A stretch of 52,299 nt of DNA from Perkinsus olseni (Eukaryota). The position numbers and the translations under genes were made by a program. Where the stretch lies: NCBI GenBank assembly GCA_013115125.1, contig JABANN010000216.1:1-52299 (forward strand), given 5' to 3'. Shown here piece by piece: positions 46,809-52,299 of this stretch. How positions within the stretch are numbered: the stretch's first letter is position 1; the number at the start of each line of letters is the position of its first letter. The notes beneath the pieces are model-generated. The model was not told where the DNA came from. It saw nothing but the letters and a program-made list of their open reading frames with translations, and did no database searches.

Positions 46809-49800
46809 ATGATGGTCTCGTGGATGGACGAGCTTCGTACTTCAGTAGAATCTGTTGCGTTAATCAGTGGTAACAGGTGGAGCGATTGGTATTGCGGCTG
46901 GCATATGCAGGAGTTGGTCGAGTAAGCGGAGCGAAGCCTGGCGAGTAGTTTTTAAATCGTGCCATGCAGTACCTCCTGGGACGTCGGCAAGGGAGCACTG
47001 ATAGTGTCGTATCAGCAGGGAGTGTCGGTAGGGGTAATTACTCAGGTTGGCAAGTGTGGAGATTGACTTGTGCTCAGGCGGGCCGACTGAATCGACTGTT
47101 TTTGTTGCTACTGTCCATCCTGGGTTAGAGTACATAAGTAACCTCTCACCATTAAATAGAACCCTTCTACTCCTCCAACCACCAGGGAAGAGTGGCTCTC
47201 TATCTGGTAGGACGATGAGGTGACCTTGTAAACACCGATATCGTCTGCTTGTAGTGGACGAGGATGGTGGGCAGCAGCGAGGTGCGACGATCGACGCGGC
47301 AACTGTAAGCCGGGCATGCGCGCCTCACATAAGAGTAGCGGCTATCAAACAACTACCGGAAACTTGCTATAGTGTTGGATACGAAGAGGCTGCTGAGTAA
47401 TGAGAGGGGCGCGATGGGCCGTCTGGGTGGAGTTCTGGGGTTCCACCGGGGTAAGTTTTCTTGCTATTGGGTCGTCCCAGATCGACTGCCGTGCTATCAG
47501 AGTTATGCTACGGCAATCGTCTCGAGGTATAGTCATGGTAGCAACACCTCGGTGTTTACATGTGTATTAACATGGCTCCGCTAGCTCAGTAGGCAGAGCG
47601 TGTGGCTGTTAACCACAAGGTCGGTGGTTCGAACCCATCGTGGAGCGCTATTTTATTCTCTGTCATGTAAACGCTCAACAGCCCGTTCCTTCGTTAGTAA
47701 CGAATCGTTACCAACGAATCGTGCGTACGAATATCAATCGTGTGCGCATGTCACGTCACACCAGGTCCAAATTAGGTACATCGTTCCGCTAGTGCTCCAA
47801 CGCCTACCCGGTGACCCGGACCCGTCAATTAGGCAGGCTCTCCTCGATACCCTCGGCGAACTGGCTGCCTTTCTCATCTTATCCGACCCAGAAGAAGGGT
47901 GAGAAGCTCCGTTTCCGCGGTCAGGATGCGCGCCCAACGCTGCCTCGCGCACGAATGAGCTCTCCCGATGCCGTTCTGTCAACCTCAAATCATAGATGCA
48001 GGACCCGGACTACAGGTACCACACGCTCGTCGACAAGCTCTTCCCATTGGTCACGAAGATGCTCGTGAATGACAAGTCGAGCGAAGTAAGCCATCCTCCC
48101 CATTGGGCAAGTGCGCATCCTCCTTGGCAGGTCCGGTCACGGGCGGCGACGGCTATGGCAACCTTGGCGGTCCACATGAGAGCTCGAGACCACGGAGAGA
48201 CGGTATGGACGATGCAAATCAAGCTACCAATTACATCTTCACTTGAGGTGCTCACAACGCTCCTTCGGTTATCGCAAATGCCAGCAGATCCCACAGCATC
48301 AGGGGCTCTCGGCGAAGATGAAACTGACAGTGAGTCCGCTACGGGTGGCAACTCCGGACCGCTCACGCCTTAGCCTTGTCAGGTAGCGGGCAGTTCAACG
48401 GCACTGCGGCCACAGCAGCCGTCCAGCTCATGGGGCAGCTCTCACCCACTCTCGGACCGGATATATGCTCACAGTGAGGAGACCGTGCATCTGGACTTTG
48501 GCAGACGGCTACTGCAGGTACATTGTTGCCCAATTGAATTCGCTAACGGAAGAGCGCAGCCCCAAAGTTCGAAGATCCGTTGCGGGCGCTATGGCAGAAG
48601 TCGCCGCTGTAGGCTGGAAGCCCCTCATACGTATTCAAGTGCGCGTCATTCAGATCATTGGCCCGACATTAACTTTATCTAAACTCTACCCGTTTTACCT
48701 GCAGCTCACTCATGACCCTCACTGGGCTGTACGGAAGAGTGCTGTGGACTCGCTGCACCTGTTTTTGATGGAGCTGTTGCTATCCAACCGCGACCGTGAA
48801 GCGAGGTTGGCCTCTTCAACTTTCGTGGCGGAGAGGATATCTTTCCTTGTGACAGCTCATCCTCGTCGTCAAGCGGCCCGGTGGATTCAGCAGTCTCCGA
48901 GCTGCTGAGCGCCATGAGTGCCGCCTTGGTTACCGACACCAGTTGGTGGGTGCGGAAGGCTGCGATGCTCAAAGTTGGTTACGTAAGTCTAGCTTCATCA
49001 TCATCATCATCCTTGCATGTTGTCGTGCAGGTTGTCGCATCTTGCAGCCCCCTTCTGAGCCACCCCTCCGTCCTTAACGCCGTGGACCCCCTGCTGGCGC
49101 AGTTCTCTGATCTCATCGTCTCCTACGCGTCTAATCTGTCCCAACTGTCCAGCAGAGTAACGATCATCAATCCACGTCGAACAGGCCATGCCCAGCTACT
49201 CTCAGGACCCCTCAACCAGCGTCAAGGGGGCCTCCAGTGAGGGCGGTTCTCTTGGTGGTGCGGAGCTCAGCCGCGAGATCCTCTATCACGCTGCCTTCAC
49301 CTTCGTCGGTACGCCCCCTTCCTCTCCCCATCGCCTCCCACCGTCCGCTTAGGTGTCGCTCGAGGCGTCTCCTCGGCCCCGATAGACTTCGCCACCCTCT
49401 GGCCACAGCGCCTGCAGAAACCCTTCTTAGCGCTCTTGCACTGTAGCGAATCCAGAGTTCGGTGAGTCGGCCTGCTTCGCTCCGCCGGGTAGAAGTTTGG
49501 ATATTTTTCGTGCCCCCTTAGTCGGCCGTTAATCGCTTCCCTGCACATACTGGTCGCCAGTGAGCAGTGCCAGGAGGTCTTCGAGGACTGCGCCTTGGCT
49601 GTGATACAAATACTAGCGTCACCTCAATCTGTAAGTCTTCTGCCATCCATTCTGTTTGTTGCCATGATCAACCTAAGATATGCCTGCTCGCTCGGTCGTA
49701 GAGGGCTTGTGAGCTCATCTCGAGGGAAAGCCTTCGGGGCGTGTAAACAGTCGAGCGCGTGGGCAGTATCGGAGGCCTGCGGATGGTTTGATTGCGGAAA

Positions 49801-51941
49801 TTCTCCGCCAAAGGGTCTCCAGTGCCGCCACCGTCCGAGCCGAACTTCGATAGCCTCTACCCTCTCAGCTCGCCGAAGAGCGCATCCTCGTGCTGCGCGA
49901 CGCCGTTGAGGGCGTCTTTCAGCGACTTGGACCGAAATCTGCTCTCAGGTAACGGCCCTATACAGACTTATGGGTAGATATAGTGGTGGTGATCATCTCT
50001 TCTCAGGGGTCGTATGCTGCGGATCCTGACAACGCTAGCCACTTCGCCGTCGACAGCCACGCCGAGGAGCCGCTCAGCAAGCCTCTCGTTGCTCTCTAGT
50101 CGTGGAGATGGGAAGAACATAACAGTCACCGATACAACAGGCTGGAGGGAGAAACAAGAACTGGCAAGAGTTGCGGGAAAGTTGGTATGAAAATCTGCAC
50201 AGCAGCTGCGGAATTATCTGTCTCAATGCTAGTTCAATCTGTGGGTTGACCCCGAGGATGTCGCCACAAAAGAATCTCCGGCAAGCGAACCAGCAATCGG
50301 GAGTCTGGTGGCTCTCTGGCTCACCTTATTGGCGGCCTCCACTCCTACCATATGTAGGCTCGTCAAGGACGCACGTCGAGACGCTTGCTTCAGGTCTTGC
50401 AGCAGCACGCTCGGCCCCTCAGCTGTTCCGGTGTCGCTACGTCGGGCGCGAGACCAAGCGTCGTATAGTGGCATACCTGGTACGCTCGGCCGGGTCCGGC
50501 GGGCCTTCCAGCGTCTTTGGTAGGTGAAGAAATACGCTTGTTCCGAGTACTCCAACAGACGCCGTGTCCTCGTCGAAGTGGCAAAGCAAGTGGGGACCCT
50601 TGACTGGTGCATCCTAACAGCAGCGGCGGCTCAGGTCCTGCTTGCTGTGCGCAGAGGACCCGACCGAGAGGATGGAGATCTGCAGCCCGAAGGAAGATAC
50701 TTCATGACGCTTCTAGCCCTGCTAGGGCTCGACGACTGCGTCCACGTACGCCATTGATTCCAGGTTGACTCGGCACCCGCCTGTTGGTCGTGTTCTCAGA
50801 TAAGACAGTCGGTGGCCTCGACGCTGTGCCTTCTGAGCCCCCTCCCCGCGGACCTCCCCGAGAGCATCACCAGCCTGGTCGAGACTCTACGGCAGGATGA
50901 TGATGATGCTGAAGTGAAGAGAACAGCAGAGAGTGAGCTCAGCATCCTCCAGCTGCGCAACGACGGTGCTCACTCTCAGGGATCATCATCTCCTCCGACA
51001 CTCTGCCTGGCAAGGGCCTCGTCCGTCTGGACTGGTCAGCTGACACGGGCTACGAGTACCTCCCTTCCCCTGCTGCTGCTGGGCACTACGACAAGCACTG
51101 GGTCCTTCACGGCGGTCGGTGAAGCCTCCACGTTCGAAGTGGGAGGATGTTCGTTCAGATGACACCGGCACCACACCGTCATCGCCGACAAGCCCAGGTC
51201 CGCAGCGTAGCAGCAGCTGCAGCAGCAGCGTTTCGGGTTTCGATGGGGGCACTGGCAGCAGCGACGGGGCCAGCCACGCCCTCCTAGAGGAAGTCGACGA
51301 GGAACTTTCAGAGTCTCTGGCCACTCTAGAGAAGGCTGCTGCTGTTGTGGGTGAGTACTTCATTCTAGGAACCTAGCTTGGCGGCGGGAACCGTAGGCTG
51401 CTCGGTCGCGGTTACGATGATACTCACCTGAATGTATCCCAACTTTTGACGCCTGATACTTCTCCTAGTAGCTAGAGACAGCCCGTTGTGAGCGGAAGAC
51501 GGGGACTGAGGGAGACGAGAAATGACGGGAGTCATTTGTACTGTGAAATCGCATTGGTGTTGCACATGGAGGAAACAAGTTTCTACCGTAGAGGGCTCCT
51601 GTGCCTCCCGGCCCGCGAAGTACACTGGCGGCGGACACCAGATTCAACAGGGGTCTTCTCGCAGCATCTTTCCTGCACGTCCCTGAGGTCTGCTAGGCTC
51701 AGATACAGTCCGCTGCGATACCCCTCGATCTGTTCCGGGGCAGGCTGCCTCGGCCAACCCAGCTCGGTCCTTTTACATTGGTGGGGAGGACACTGAGGAG
51801 GAGGGTGTCCCCGACGACGCCCTAGCCGAGGACTTCACCCTCGATGATTGCCGCGAAGTGAATGATAACGTGGGTAGCGGTGGCCTTATGGGGTCTCATC
51901 AGATTGAAACCGCTAGTATTTTTATGATAATACGTAGTTAG
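46809..51941 (+). CDS. HEAT-repeat protein, PP4R1 / PP2A-A-like phosphatase regulatory subunit; ends approximate
   Basis: HEAT motifs DPDPSIRQAL, DKSSEVRSRAA, ERSPKVRRSVA, HDPHWAVRKSA, DTSWWVRKAA, DARRDVS; many short introns. Confidence 0.7.
47575..47647 (+). tRNA. trnN-GTT: tRNA-Asn (GTT)
   Basis: Full cloverleaf GCTCCGC/GTGGAGC, GCTC/GAGC, TGTGG-CTGTTAA-CCACA, GGTGG-TTCGAAC-CCATC; TTTT downstream. Confidence 0.97.
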
Positions 51942-52299
51942 GAGTACGTGATGGATACATAAGTTCACGGAGATGCTTCATGCGTCCTCGTCAGGTTCCT
52001 CGACTCCCACTGGTTCCCACGGCTACTACAAGCGAGAGTATAGAGGACGTATTCGACCAGACAGATTGGACGACGGCTACGCTGTCCCCGAAGTCTCGGG
52101 GTATTAGTTTTGACGAAGGATGATCGTCACTTCTCACTGTGCTCATTATCATTTGCTCTGTGCTTGCGATGTTGTATACTCAGTATTCTCACACGAGGTT
52201 GACTTAGGAGAGTAGTTGTGTATTACGAAAATCCCGGCTCTTCGTCCGCGACCTTGCGTAACATACAATGGGAAAAGAGCTCAAGTCGCGAATCGATCA

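Noticed and set aside
1-52299. CRISPR arrays, rRNA, telomeric repeats, prokaryotic operons
   Set aside because: No regularly spaced repeat-spacer array or such sequences seen; the AATTTCGTGGCGCG copies are irregularly spaced and lie in both orientations

Overview
Eukaryotic genomic DNA, not prokaryotic. It has many short (~45-90 nt) GT-AG introns, tight gene packing and intronless secreted-protein families. These traits suggest a protist, probably an alveolate such as Perkinsus (inference only). The left ~12.8 kb is gene-poor: two paralogous intronless secreted-protein genes, a hypothetical gene, a pseudogene fragment and DNA rich in fold-back palindromes. The rest is gene-dense. It encodes an MCTP-like C2/TM protein, FKBP12, an IMPDH-like protein, a SANT protein, a coiled-coil protein, signal peptide peptidase, an A1 aspartyl protease, two tandem MFS transporters, a TM-SPRY-WW protein, three secreted proteins sharing a repeated module, a PEX2-like RING peroxin, a MINDY deubiquitinase and a HEAT-repeat (PP4R1/PP2A-A-like) protein with an intronic tRNA-Asn. 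Four observations stand out. (1) Four degenerate tRNA-shaped elements straddle exon/intron junctions, with the A-box in the exon and the B-box in the intron. (2) An orientation-independent motif, AATTTCGTGGCGCG(TGACG/CGAAA), occurs almost only in introns. (3) The IMPDH has an intact gene structure but lacks its catalytic Cys. (4) A pseudogene carries fold-back templated insertions, visible against its intact paralogue. Exon boundaries were read by eye and multi-exon gene ends are approximate.
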